Notes: a model not told the origin generated them from the sequence alone. Counted from the first letter of the stretch, positions 1-9,523 are shown. The stretch is 64,000 nucleotides of DNA from Lentimicrobiaceae bacterium (GCA_015061365.1 SUWS01000002.1:22806-86805); one strand, 5' to 3'. Numbers and translations: made by a program.

Positions 1-2
1 AT

Positions 3-341
3 GGAGCGAGAAAAGCCGTCGTAAGCGTCTATGAGTTTGACAAGGAACTTCTGAATGATACGGCATACAAGGTTTTACAATATGAAGGACCTTCTAAGGA
101 ATGGTTAGATTTCGTTGTGAGCAACAGAAAAGGTTTTGACTTACATCAATATGATTACGTCATGGGACCGGTGGCAAATGACCAATTATATACTACTATC
201 TCGTTATACGAACAAGGTTCGCTAAGCGTTGAAGCCGCCATCATACAGTTGAAATCACATCTTTTATTCGACCAACTCTCCTGTCACACAGAGAAAGCGA
301 TAAAGAACATAGAGTATATTGAAAGTAAAGAAATAATTTGA
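3..341 (+). CDS. DUF3990-like protein, 5' end outside window
   Basis: Frame 3 is open from the window edge (...VYEFDKELLNDTAYKVLQYEGPSKEWLDFVVSNRKGFDL...GPVANDQLY...). This pattern recalls the DUF3990 family. The track ORF 117..341 is only the GTG-initiated tail. Confidence 0.45.
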   Translation, partial: GARKAVVSVYEFDKELLNDTAYKVLQYEGPSKEWLDFVVSNRKGFDLHQYDYVMGPVANDQLYTTISLYEQGSLSVEAAIIQLKSHLLFDQLSCHTEKAIKNIEYIESKEII

Positions 342-384
342 AAATCTATACAACCTCCACTTTAAGGTTTAAGGCTGGATTACG

Positions 385-457
385 ATAAACTTACAACTCA
401 AAACTCTCAACTTTAAAACTACTCTAAACTATAAACTTTGAACTATAAACTATATAA
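385..457 (+). repeat. G-poor leader element, copy F1, ending at the ATG of the next ORF
   Basis: ataaacttacaactcaaaactctcaactttaaaactac...aactttgaactataaac is shared with copies at 2831, 4484 and 6146. Confidence 0.85.
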
Positions 458-748
458 ATGAAAAACTTCTCTTCCAATCTTTTTTGGGATGTAGATCCAA
501 ATGATATAGACATGGAAAGGCACGCATCTTTTATAGTTCAGCGAGTTCTTGAATATGGTTTGATGGAAGATTGGAATTATATACTTTCATATTACGGAAT
601 ATCGCGTATATTATCTATGGTATTGCAATTCCGTAGTTTAGACCCCAAAGCCTTAGCGTTTATATCTGCTATTACAAAAACTCCAAGAGAAAATTTCAGA
701 TGTTACACTACTAAACAGCAAGGCACTGAAAAGCATCATGTATTTTGA
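458..748 (+). CDS. Hypothetical protein, probably a truncated gene (DUF6922-like N-terminus)
   Basis: 96-aa ORF (LFWDVDPNDIDMERHASFIVQRVLEYG...). After its stop, a shifted frame reads FDDAAQDPMPYMLKE..., which looks like the displaced tail of a longer protein. Confidence 0.3.
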   Translation: MKNFSSNLFWDVDPNDIDMERHASFIVQRVLEYGLMEDWNYILSYYGISRILSMVLQFRSLDPKALAFISAITKTPRENFRCYTTKQQGTEKHHVF

Positions 749-848
749 CGATGCAGCACAAGATCCGATGCCGTATATGTTGAAAGAGAGGTCGGGGATG
801 ATATTAAGGAGAGAATTCTAAAAGAAACATAAATTTCTCAATAACTAA

Positions 849-917
849 GAATGGATGGATAACATCACATCTGGCGAGTATGAGAAGTATTATGGGGAGA
901 TGTATAAAGGAAGATAG
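849..917 (+). pseudogene. 3' fragment of dTDP-glucose 4,6-dehydratase (rfbB-type C-terminus)
   Basis: Translates EWMDNITSGEYEKYYGEMYKGR*, preceded by an in-frame stop. About 90% nucleotide identity to 2709-2769. Confidence 0.55.
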
Positions 918-951
918 TTGAAAATCAGAGGAACCTAAAATAACAATAAAT

Positions 952-2442
952 ATGAAGACAAAATATTATCCGATACAATTGTTGCAAAATGACTCTAGTG
1001 AACTGAACGAGTTAGTAGAACAATTGTTATTTGGGGATTGGTCTTCTGCTGAGATTGATAAGGTTAAAGAAAATTTAAAATACTTTTTCTGTACATTCCG
1101 TAGTGATTTACATCTTATTGTTGAAAGTAATTATGTAGACTCAGTCTATAGAGATAGTTATTACAATTACTACTCAACTAAAAGAAAAAATTATAGTAGA
1201 TATTGTTTGAAAATATCATTTTTTGATACGGATTTCAATTATAATATTGATTTTAATGATGTAGATAATATTCAAAAGAACTACCTAGGGTATTTAATTG
1301 TCAGACCTCTACTGAAATGTATTGGTAAAAACATAATAAAACCAGAAGCAAAAGTAAATTATTGCAAGGATATAAAAATATGTAGAGTCAATTTGGAGAC
1401 ATCATGTTTTGGCGTTAAGTTAAAAGCAGAAGGGTTCCCTCATGCATCACAGGATAGTGAAACAATGACATGCGCCGAAACTACATTATGGTCATTGCTT
1501 GAATATTACGGCAATAAATATAATTTGTATAAACCGATAAATCATTCTGAAATCAGAAGAGCCATTGAACCTTTTTCATATGAAAGAATGTTACCTTCCA
1601 AAGGTCTGACTTATAATCAAATATCTGTAGCATTACGTGAATTTGGATTTGGTCCAAAGATATATCTGAAGAATAATTATAGCAATAAAAATAAGTTTTT
1701 CGAATTGATAGCTTGTTATATTGAAAGTGGAATACCGTTAGCATTGGCATTAACCAATAGCAAATTAGGACATGCTGTGGTATGTATTGGTAGAAAAGAT
1801 GTGAATAAGCAGGATGTTACCAATTATTCCTTCAATACAGAAATTAATAATAAGAAATTATACAATTGGAATCTTGCAGTTGCTCACGGTGAAATTGTGT
1901 TTAATGATGATAATTATCCCAACTATCAACTTACGATATTAACTAAACCGTGCTCATATTACACTTCTAATGAGTGGGATACCATGGAAGTAACTCAGTT
2001 TATAGCTCCACTGTACAATAAAGTGTATATGGAAGCTGATTCTGCCATCGAATTATCTAAATCAATTGTTGATATGATAATACCTGGTGGCAATAATAAT
2101 ATTATTAAAACATTTCTTACTTCATGTCGTTCTTATAGGGAGTATATCACCAAATCAAAATCGTTATCAAACGACGAAAAAGCGGCACTACTACAAATTG
2201 AAATGCCGAAATTTGTATGGATAACAGAATTGAGTACAATAGATGAACTTAATGAAAATAAAATAAATACACTTTTAATATTAGATGCAACAGGAAGTAG
2301 ATCATCAAATATATATGCCAATATTATATTATTAGTTTCCGAGGGTATCTTTTACAAATACGATTATATTGATAAGGTATTAAAAGGGTATAAGACGTCA
2401 TTCCCAAAAACATTTGATGCATTTAAAGGTAATTTAAAATAA
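952..2442 (+). CDS. Papain-fold (C39-like) cysteine peptidase domain protein with unknown flanking domains
   Basis: 496-aa ORF. HASQDSETMTCAETTLWSLLEYYG gives Gln plus a nucleophile Cys followed by an aromatic residue. About 105 aa downstream, KLGHAVVCIGR gives the His. Confidence 0.5.
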   Translation: MKTKYYPIQLLQNDSSELNELVEQLLFGDWSSAEIDKVKENLKYFFCTFRSDLHLIVESNYVDSVYRDSYYNYYSTKRKNYSRYCLKISFFDTDFNYNIDFNDVDNIQKNYLGYLIVRPLLKCIGKNIIKPEAKVNYCKDIKICRVNLETSCFGVKLKAEGFPHASQDSETMTCAETTLWSLLEYYGNKYNLYKPINHSEIRRAIEPFSYERMLPSKGLTYNQISVALREFGFGPKIYLKNNYSNKNKFFELIACYIESGIPLALALTNSKLGHAVVCIGRKDVNKQDVTNYSFNTEINNKKLYNWNLAVAHGEIVFNDDNYPNYQLTILTKPCSYYTSNEWDTMEVTQFIAPLYNKVYMEADSAIELSKSIVDMIIPGGNNNIIKTFLTSCRSYREYITKSKSLSNDEKAALLQIEMPKFVWITELSTIDELNENKINTLLILDATGSRSSNIYANIILLVSEGIFYKYDYIDKVLKGYKTSFPKTFDAFKGNLK

Positions 2443-2447
2443 TTGAT

Positions 2448-2615
2448 ATGTACACAACAATTGATGAATTAATTACAGATAATAAAAATATTGTTGAAAT
2501 AGATAACAGTGTGGAAAAGAGATTATTACAACACATGGAAAAATATATGGCAGATGTGGAACATAATGAAACACAAGCATACAATTACGCCACACAAATT
2601 ATTTTAAATTGTTAG
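2448..2615 (+). CDS. Small hypothetical protein (55 aa)
   Basis: The ATG lies 5 nt after the stop of 952..2442. Translates MYTTIDELITDNKNIVEIDNSVEKRLLQHMEKYMADVEHNETQAYNYATQIILNC. Too short for the ORF track; hand-translated. Confidence 0.3.
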   Translation: MYTTIDELITDNKNIVEIDNSVEKRLLQHMEKYMADVEHNETQAYNYATQIILNC

Positions 2616-2619
2616 TTGA

Positions 2620-2796
2620 TATTCTGAAGACCTTGTTTGGGAGAAACTCTCACTTCAATTTGAAGAAGGAATCGAAAAGACAGTTCGCTGGTACTTAGAC
2701 AACCAAGAATGGATGGATAATATCACATCTGGCGAATATGAGAAGTATTACGAGGAGATGTACCATTCAAATGGAAAATTGAAAACTGAAAACTGA
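2620..2796 (+). pseudogene. 3' fragment of dTDP-glucose 4,6-dehydratase (rfbB-type C-terminus)
   Basis: Translates ...FEEGIEKTVRWYLDNQEWMDNITSGEYEKYYEEMYHSNGKLKTEN*. There is an in-frame stop directly upstream and no N-terminal part. Confidence 0.7.
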
Positions 2797-2830
2797 AAGT
2801 TGAAAACTGAAAAAATTTAAACATAAAATA

Positions 2831-2904
2831 ATAAACTTACAACTCAAAACTCCCAACTTTCAAACTACTATAAACTATTAACTTTGAACTCTAAACTTTA
2901 AAAA
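2831..2904 (+). repeat. G-poor leader element, copy F2
   Basis: Same about 75-bp element, ending at ATG 2905. Confidence 0.85.
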
Positions 2905-4455
2905 ATGAAATACCCTATCGGCATACAACAATTCGAGAAGCTACGGGAAGAGAACTGGATCTATATAGATAAGACAGCTCATATCCATCGGCTTGCCTCG
3001 AGGGGAACATATTTCTTCCTCAGCCGACCAAGACGTTTCGGCAAGAGTTTGTTGATGTCGACGATAGAAGCGTATTTCAAGGGCAAGAGACATCTCTTTG
3101 AAGGCTTGGCGATAGAGAAGCTGGAAAAAGATTGGATTGAATATCCCGTGTTGCATTTTGATCTCAATGCCAAGAAATTTGATCAGGCTAAAGACCTGGA
3201 CGAGATTCTTAATGCTCAGCTCAGCGAGTATGAACAAATATATAACAGTGTAGCTGTCGATAAAAGTATTGAGGGAAGATTCAAGCAACTTATCAAATCC
3301 GCCAAAGAGAAAACCGGACGTAACGTGGTTGTTCTCATAGACGAATACGACAAGCCTATGCTTCAAGCCATAGGCAACGAAGATCTCCAGATACAGTTCC
3401 GCAACATGCTCAAGGCGTTCTACGGCACATTGAAGAGCACCGACGGATATCTGAGGTTCGTGCTTCTCACAGGTGTCACCAAGTTCAGCAAGCTCAGCAT
3501 CTTCAGCGACCTTAACAATATCGAGGACATCTCGATGGAGAAACAATATTGCGATATCTGCGGTATCACTGAAGAAGAACTGCACAACGTCTTTGACAAT
3601 GAAGTGGCGTTGTTGGCGGAAAATAACGAGCAGACAAAGGAGGAAGCATACAAGGAATTGAAGAAACGTTACGACGGTTATCATTTCAGTGAGAACTCAG
3701 TAGGAATATACAATCCGTTCAGCATACTGCTCTGCCTTAAAAACTCAAATTACGGCAGCTATTGGTTCAGCACAGGGACACCGACATATTTGGTGGAGTT
3801 GCTCAAACGCTTCGATTTTAATCTCGAGAATCTATCTGGTTACGAAGCCTCGGCAACGACTTTAGACAGCATACAACTCAATGTTGACAACCCGATACCT
3901 GTTCTATATCAAAGCGGTTATCTGACCATCAAAGGATATGACAAGGAATTTAGATTATATACATTAGACTTTCCAAACGAAGAGGTTGAAGAAGGATTCA
4001 TCAATTTCCTTGTCCCGATGTACACCTCAGTATCAGAGACCGACTCGCCTGCATTTATAGGGAAGTTTGTGAGGGAGGTGCGCGCAGGTAAGGTCGATGA
4101 TTTCATGAGACGCTTGCAGTCGCTTATGGCAGACACGCCTTACGAGATAATAAAAGACTTGGAGAACCACTATCAGAACGTGATGTTCATCCTCACGAAA
4201 CTGATGGGATTTTACGTACAGGCTGAGTACAAGACCTCATACGGACGTATTGATTTGCTCATCGCGACTGACAAATACGTCTATGTCATAGAGATAAAAT
4301 TAGACGGAAGTGCGGAGGACGCCCTGAAGCAGATCAACGACAAGGAATATTCACTGTCATTTGAAGCAGGTAGCCGTCAGGTCATCAAGATAGGAGCCAA
4401 CGTCTCACGAGAAAAGAGAAACCTTGAGAACTGGATAGTTGAAATTGAAAATTGA
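2905..4455 (+). CDS. AAA-ATPase-like / PD-(D/E)XK (PDDEXK_9-type) family protein
   Basis: 516 aa. N-terminus MKYPIGIQQFEKLRE..YIDKT..I..L...G.YFFLSRPRRFGKSL and C-terminus GRIDLLI...YVIEIKLDGSAEDAL.QI..K.Y are characteristic of this Bacteroides family. Confidence 0.8.
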   Translation: MKYPIGIQQFEKLREENWIYIDKTAHIHRLASRGTYFFLSRPRRFGKSLLMSTIEAYFKGKRHLFEGLAIEKLEKDWIEYPVLHFDLNAKKFDQAKDLDEILNAQLSEYEQIYNSVAVDKSIEGRFKQLIKSAKEKTGRNVVVLIDEYDKPMLQAIGNEDLQIQFRNMLKAFYGTLKSTDGYLRFVLLTGVTKFSKLSIFSDLNNIEDISMEKQYCDICGITEEELHNVFDNEVALLAENNEQTKEEAYKELKKRYDGYHFSENSVGIYNPFSILLCLKNSNYGSYWFSTGTPTYLVELLKRFDFNLENLSGYEASATTLDSIQLNVDNPIPVLYQSGYLTIKGYDKEFRLYTLDFPNEEVEEGFINFLVPMYTSVSETDSPAFIGKFVREVRAGKVDDFMRRLQSLMADTPYEIIKDLENHYQNVMFILTKLMGFYVQAEYKTSYGRIDLLIATDKYVYVIEIKLDGSAEDALKQINDKEYSLSFEAGSRQVIKIGANVSREKRNLENWIVEIEN

Positions 4456-4483
4456 AAACTGAAAATACTTTAAACACAGAATA

Positions 4484-4557
4484 ATAAACTTACAACTCAA
4501 AACTCTCAACTTTAAAACTACTATAAACTATTAACTTTGAACTTTAAACTTTAAAAA
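4484..4557 (+). repeat. G-poor leader element, copy F3
   Basis: Same element, ending at ATG 4558. Confidence 0.85.
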
Positions 4558-6111
4558 ATGAAATACCCTATCGGCATACAACAATTCGAGAAGCTGCGGG
4601 AAGAGGGTTGGATCTATATAGATAAGACAGCTCATATCCATCGGCTTGCCTCGAGGGGAACATATTTCTTCCTCAGCCGACCAAGACGTTTCGGCAAGAG
4701 TTTGTTGATGTCGACGATAGAAGCGTATTTCAAAGGAAAGAGACATCTCTTTGAAGGCTTGGCGATAGAGAAGCTGGAGAAAGACTGGATTGAATATCCC
4801 GTGCTGCATATAGATCTTAATGCGGAAAGATATGCTAAAGCTGAAGAGTTGAGCAATATATTAGATACCTATCTCCGCGAGTGGGAAAAGTTATACGGCT
4901 CAGATGAAAGCAATAATGAAAGTCTTTCAAGACGTTTTCTTAATGTAATCAAATCCGCCAAAGAGAAGACCGGACGTAACGTGGTTGTTCTCATCGACGA
5001 ATACGACAAGCCTATGCTTCAAGCCATAGGCAACGAAGAACTTCAGATACAGTTCCGCAATATGCTCAAGGCGTTTTACGGGACATTGAAGAGTGCCGAC
5101 GGATATCTGAGGTTCGTGCTTCTCACAGGTGTCACCAAGTTCAGCAAGGTAAGCGTTTTCAGTGATTTGAATAATCTGAATGACATCTCAATGGACGCTG
5201 AGTATAGCGACATCTGTGGCATAACAGAAGAAGAACTGCATGAGGTATTCGATGGAGAAGTCGCCCGGTTGGCGGAGAAAAACAATCAGACAAAAGAAGA
5301 AGCTTATATAGAACTGAAGAGACGTTACGACGGCTATCATTTCAGTGAAGATTCTGTCGGTATGTACAATCCATTCAGCATACTGAATACCCTGCTGAAA
5401 AAGGTATACAGGAATTATTGGTTCAGCACGGGAACACCGACGTATTTAGTTGAACTCCTGAAACGTTTCGACTTCGATCTTCAGAACTTGTCGGGATATG
5501 AGACGACCGCAGATGCACTCGACAGTATTCAGATAAGAGTGGACAATCCCATACCAGTTCTGTACCAAAGCGGATATCTCACCATCAGCAACTATGACGA
5601 AGAGTTGGGTTTATATACGTTGGATTTTCCTAATGAGGAAGTGGAGGAGAGTTTCATAAGATTTCTCATTCCGATGTATTCACCCATTTCAGAGACCGAC
5701 TCGCCGGCATTCATCGGCAAGTTCGTCAGGGAGGTGAGAGCAGGCAAGGTGGATGATTTCATGCGCCGCCTTCAGAGTATGATGGCAGACACTCCTTACG
5801 AGATAATAAAAGACTTGGAGAACCATTATCAGAACGTCATGTTCATCCTCACGAAACTGATGGGACTTTACGTTCAGGCGGAGTACAAGACCTCCCGTGG
5901 ACGCATCGACCTTCTCATCGCGACGGACAAATACGTCTATGTCATAGAGATAAAATTAGACGGAAGCGCGGAGGACGCCCTGAGGCAGATCAACGACAAG
6001 GAATATTCACTGCCGTTTGAAGCAGGCAGCCGCCAGGTCATCAAGATAGGAGCCAAGGTCTCACGAGAAAAGAGAAACCTTGAGAACTGGATAGTTGAAA
6101 TTGAAAATTGA
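4558..6111 (+). CDS. AAA-ATPase-like / PD-(D/E)XK family protein, tandem paralogue
   Basis: 517 aa, collinear with 2905..4455. Blocks of near-identity alternate with diverged patches. Confidence 0.8.
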   Translation: MKYPIGIQQFEKLREEGWIYIDKTAHIHRLASRGTYFFLSRPRRFGKSLLMSTIEAYFKGKRHLFEGLAIEKLEKDWIEYPVLHIDLNAERYAKAEELSNILDTYLREWEKLYGSDESNNESLSRRFLNVIKSAKEKTGRNVVVLIDEYDKPMLQAIGNEELQIQFRNMLKAFYGTLKSADGYLRFVLLTGVTKFSKVSVFSDLNNLNDISMDAEYSDICGITEEELHEVFDGEVARLAEKNNQTKEEAYIELKRRYDGYHFSEDSVGMYNPFSILNTLLKKVYRNYWFSTGTPTYLVELLKRFDFDLQNLSGYETTADALDSIQIRVDNPIPVLYQSGYLTISNYDEELGLYTLDFPNEEVEESFIRFLIPMYSPISETDSPAFIGKFVREVRAGKVDDFMRRLQSMMADTPYEIIKDLENHYQNVMFILTKLMGLYVQAEYKTSRGRIDLLIATDKYVYVIEIKLDGSAEDALRQINDKEYSLPFEAGSRQVIKIGAKVSREKRNLENWIVEIEN

Positions 6112-6145
6112 AAACTGAAAATTGAAAGATTTTAAACATAAAATA

Positions 6146-6217
6146 ATAAACTTACAACTCAAAACTCTCAACTTTAAAACTACTATAAACTATTAACTTT
6201 GAACTATAAACTTTAAA
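6146..6217 (+). repeat. G-poor leader element, copy F4, followed only by a 9-codon ORF
   Basis: Same element. The ATG at 6218 opens only MWALLSIVH*. Confidence 0.8.
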
Positions 6218-6262
6218 ATGTGGGCACTATTGTCCATTGTACATTGAATTAAAGAATATATC

Positions 6263-6322
6263 ATGAAAATATCAGTAGCAGGAACAGGGTATGTCGGACT
6301 TACTGTTGTTAATTTAGTATAA
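6263..6322 (+). pseudogene. 5' fragment of a UDP-glucose 6-dehydrogenase-type gene
   Basis: MKISVAGTGYVGLTVVNLV* carries the Rossmann GxGxxG N-terminus typical of Ugd, then terminates after 19 aa. Confidence 0.45.
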
Positions 6323-6327
6323 GTTAT

Positions 6328-7482
6328 ATGAAACTCACTTTTTTAACGAATTTGGTTAATCATCATCAAATTCCATTAGCGGATGAATTTTACAAATTAT
6401 TAGGTTGTAATTATACATATGTAGCTTTTGAACCACTGCCTAACTGGCTTAAAGAGGGGGGGTATCAAGAAATAGATAGGCCTTACATAATTCGAGCCTA
6501 TGAGAATAAAGAAAGTTTAGAGAGAGTAGAAGAATTAATGAATATTTCTGATGTTGTAATTATAGGACAAGCATCAGACAAGTATATATTGAATAGAGTT
6601 AAAGAATGTAAATTAACATTTAGATATAACGAACGATGGTTTAAATCAAAACCTTGGTATCTATCTGGACCAAAGGCTTGGGCGAATTTTTATAGGAACC
6701 ACATACGGTTTAAAAATAAACCTCTTTATATGCTTGCTGCCAGCGCATATACTGCCAATGATGTGTATGCTATAGGAGCATATAAGGAAAAAGTGTATAA
6801 ATGGGGATACTTTACCGCTGTTCAAGAAAAAAATGAAGTTGAAGCACCTGAGTTGAGTGTTTCCACTTCAGAAATCACACCACATATTATGTGGTGTAGT
6901 AGATTTCTGAAGTGGAAACACCCAGAGTTACCGGTTCAACTAGCAGCTAGGTTGAAGTCTGAAGGGTATAGGTTTGTACTCAATATGTACGGTGGTGGCG
7001 AAGAACTAGAGTCTACTAAAGCATTGGTACGAGAATTAAATGTTGAGGATGTGGTTACATTCTGTGGAAACTATCCTAATCAAGAGATTCTTGCTGCAAT
7101 GCGGAGGCATCATATTTTCTTATTCACTAGTGACAAGAATGAAGGTTGGGGGGCTGTGTTGAATGAATCGATGAGTAATGGATGTGCTGTTGTTGCTTCT
7201 AATCGTATCGGGGCCACACCTTTCTTAGTAAAGGATGGTGAAAATGGGCTGATATTCGAGTCTGAAAATTTAGATTCCTTGTATGAGAAAGTAAAGTCCT
7301 TGTTGGACGATGAGGATTTGCGAAAGCATCTTTCGATTAATGCGTATAAGACTATGTCTGAGATGTGGAATCCTAAAAATGCTGCTGTTCGCTTTATACA
7401 GTTAGTGGAGAACTTGCAGAGAGGTATAGACACTCCATTTACAGATGGTCCATGTTCGAAAGCTTATCCCTGCAAATATTGA
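6328..7482 (+). CDS. Glycosyltransferase family 4 (GT-B)
   Basis: C-terminal EGWGAVLNESMSNGCAVVASNRIGATPFLVKDGENGLIF matches the E-x7-E region typical of GT4. Confidence 0.8.
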   Translation: MKLTFLTNLVNHHQIPLADEFYKLLGCNYTYVAFEPLPNWLKEGGYQEIDRPYIIRAYENKESLERVEELMNISDVVIIGQASDKYILNRVKECKLTFRYNERWFKSKPWYLSGPKAWANFYRNHIRFKNKPLYMLAASAYTANDVYAIGAYKEKVYKWGYFTAVQEKNEVEAPELSVSTSEITPHIMWCSRFLKWKHPELPVQLAARLKSEGYRFVLNMYGGGEELESTKALVRELNVEDVVTFCGNYPNQEILAAMRRHHIFLFTSDKNEGWGAVLNESMSNGCAVVASNRIGATPFLVKDGENGLIFESENLDSLYEKVKSLLDDEDLRKHLSINAYKTMSEMWNPKNAAVRFIQLVENLQRGIDTPFTDGPCSKAYPCKY

Positions 7483-7515
7483 TATAGTAAAAGAAGAATA
7501 CAAGACTAATGCAGT

Positions 7516-8268
7516 ATGAAAAAGTTATTAAATAAAGTAAGAGCTATTTTCATAGCATTTAAAACAAAAAGAGTTCTTTATACCATTTATTTTAATTTTA
7601 AATATTTACCAATCCATCAAGCAAAATTACTCCCCATTATATTCTATAAACATGCTTATGCGACTATTTCAAATGGTGGAAAAATAATCCTTTCCGATGA
7701 TATGGTAGCTCGTAATTGTAAAGTGCATATTGGTATGCATACGCTTGATTTTGAATATCAATGTGAAAAGACTCATCTCAATGTATCTTATGGAACTTTA
7801 TTCGTTAATGGTAAATTGGAGTTTCGCCGAGGGTGTATTATTGACATAAAAGGCACAATGGAATGTGGTAATGACGTCTTGTTTGGTCCAAGATGTCGTG
7901 TCCGTGTTCATAATAAAGCATCTTTGGGAGATTATATTCGAATTGCCCACGAGACTCAATTGTTTGATTCTAATTTTCATTTTTCAGAGAAGGTTGATGA
8001 ACCTGGCTTTTATCCTATTTCAAAGCCGATAACTATTGGTTCCTATTGCTGGGTTGGGAATCGCAGTACATTAAGTCCAGGGGTGGTTCTTCCAGATTAT
8101 ACAATAGTCGCATCAAACTCTCTTGTTAATAAAGATTTTTCATCATTGGCAAAATATTCAACTGTCGGTGGTGTCCCCGCTAAGTTTTTGCGTGAGGGAT
8201 ATACGCGAGTGTGGGATACTAATAGAGAGTTGGAGTATCATAAGCGTGAGTTTAGCTGGTTGAGATAA
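7516..8268 (+). CDS. Left-handed beta-helix (hexapeptide) acyltransferase
   Basis: Hexapeptide-like repeats (IGSYCWVGNRSTLSPGVVLPDYTIVASNSLV) in a polysaccharide locus context. Confidence 0.6.
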   Translation: MKKLLNKVRAIFIAFKTKRVLYTIYFNFKYLPIHQAKLLPIIFYKHAYATISNGGKIILSDDMVARNCKVHIGMHTLDFEYQCEKTHLNVSYGTLFVNGKLEFRRGCIIDIKGTMECGNDVLFGPRCRVRVHNKASLGDYIRIAHETQLFDSNFHFSEKVDEPGFYPISKPITIGSYCWVGNRSTLSPGVVLPDYTIVASNSLVNKDFSSLAKYSTVGGVPAKFLREGYTRVWDTNRELEYHKREFSWLR

Positions 8269-8290
8269 TTGTATAGAATAGATTAAGAAT

Positions 8291-9523
8291 ATGAATATAA
8301 TTAAGAAGTATCTTCCATATATAAAGAACTTAGGATTATATTTTACATCCAGCATTATTGTAGCATTGGTGGGGATTTTGTTGAATCCCATTTATGCAAT
8401 GAATCTTTCTCACGAAGATTATGCCATAATTGGTTACTATTCTTCTTTTAATTTATTGTTACTTCCATTACTAAATTTTTCATTATATTCTTTTTACTCG
8501 CGCCATTATTATTTTACCCCTGAAGATAAACGAGAGAGTTTGGGAAATACCGTCTTGCTAAGTTCAATGATGATTGGTTTTGTTTCGTTATTCTTGTTTG
8601 TTGGCTTTTTTTATTTTTTGCACAGGTCTACAGAAAATAGCTTTCCGTTTTTTCCTTATGCAATATTGACATTCGTACAGGTTTATATCGGCAATATCGC
8701 TTCATTTTATTTGATAAAGCTTCGTATTACCAGACAAGCTAAAAAATATGCGTGGTTTTCCATTATACAGTGTTTGTTGACAGCTTTTTTCTCTTTGATA
8801 TTTGTTGTTTACTATAAACATGGTGCAACGGGTAAATTATGTGGAACATTGATAGCTACTATTATTGTTTCTACATATGCTTTATTCTATTCAGTATCTG
8901 AACTGAAAATAGATAAAGATATTTTAAGCAGTGCTATAAAATTCTGTACACCTTTGGTCATCTCTGCTATCTTCTGGTATTTTTTGACAGGAGTAGATAG
9001 AGTCTTTTTGGAACGCATAGGAGATACTTATACATTTGGCCTATATAGTGTAGGACTGCAAATGGCCGGTTATCTTACAATTTTTTATACAACAATCTCT
9101 AACACATTTGAACCCGATATTTATCAATCTATAGCTCAAGGTCGAAAGAAGAAATTGGTGGGGACAATTGGAATTATAATAGGATTTACGGCTATTGTGA
9201 ATCTTGCTTTTATCATTCTTGCTCCTCAAGTTATAGGAATTTTAACTGCCAATAGGTATATAGAATCAGCACCATTCGCGCAGATACTAGCAGTACATAA
9301 CATTGCAATGGCTTGTTATTATATGGTAGTAAAGTTGTTGATAGGCTATGGTTTCGTGAAACAAGAATTATATGTTCGTGTTTCTGGTGCATTACTGTCA
9401 ATTGCTATGTTCTACGTCTTGATCGATAAGTATAAGTTTATAGGTGCAGCATGGGGACAGTCTATATCATTTTTAATAATGACGATTATAGGAATAATTG
9501 TATTATGTATTAAAAACAAATAA
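8291..9523 (+). CDS. wzx: Oligosaccharide flippase (Wzx / MOP superfamily)
   Basis: 410 aa and multi-pass hydrophobic throughout. Typical size and position in a Wzy-dependent locus. Confidence 0.7.
   Translation: MNIIKKYLPYIKNLGLYFTSSIIVALVGILLNPIYAMNLSHEDYAIIGYYSSFNLLLLPLLNFSLYSFYSRHYYFTPEDKRESLGNTVLLSSMMIGFVSLFLFVGFFYFLHRSTENSFPFFPYAILTFVQVYIGNIASFYLIKLRITRQAKKYAWFSIIQCLLTAFFSLIFVVYYKHGATGKLCGTLIATIIVSTYALFYSVSELKIDKDILSSAIKFCTPLVISAIFWYFLTGVDRVFLERIGDTYTFGLYSVGLQMAGYLTIFYTTISNTFEPDIYQSIAQGRKKKLVGTIGIIIGFTAIVNLAFIILAPQVIGILTANRYIESAPFAQILAVHNIAMACYYMVVKLLIGYGFVKQELYVRVSGALLSIAMFYVLIDKYKFIGAAWGQSISFLIMTIIGIIVLCIKNK

Noticed and set aside
2941-3684. Long antisense ORFs opposite well-supported genes. 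Examples: 2941..3684(-), 4531..4809(-), 53597..53896(+), 55667..56005(+), 56282..56698(+), 59719..60111(+), 15944..16363(-), 23263..23739(-).
   Set aside because: Each lies entirely inside a gene with clear family motifs on the other strand. Their translations are low-complexity or have no motif, so they are shadow ORFs.
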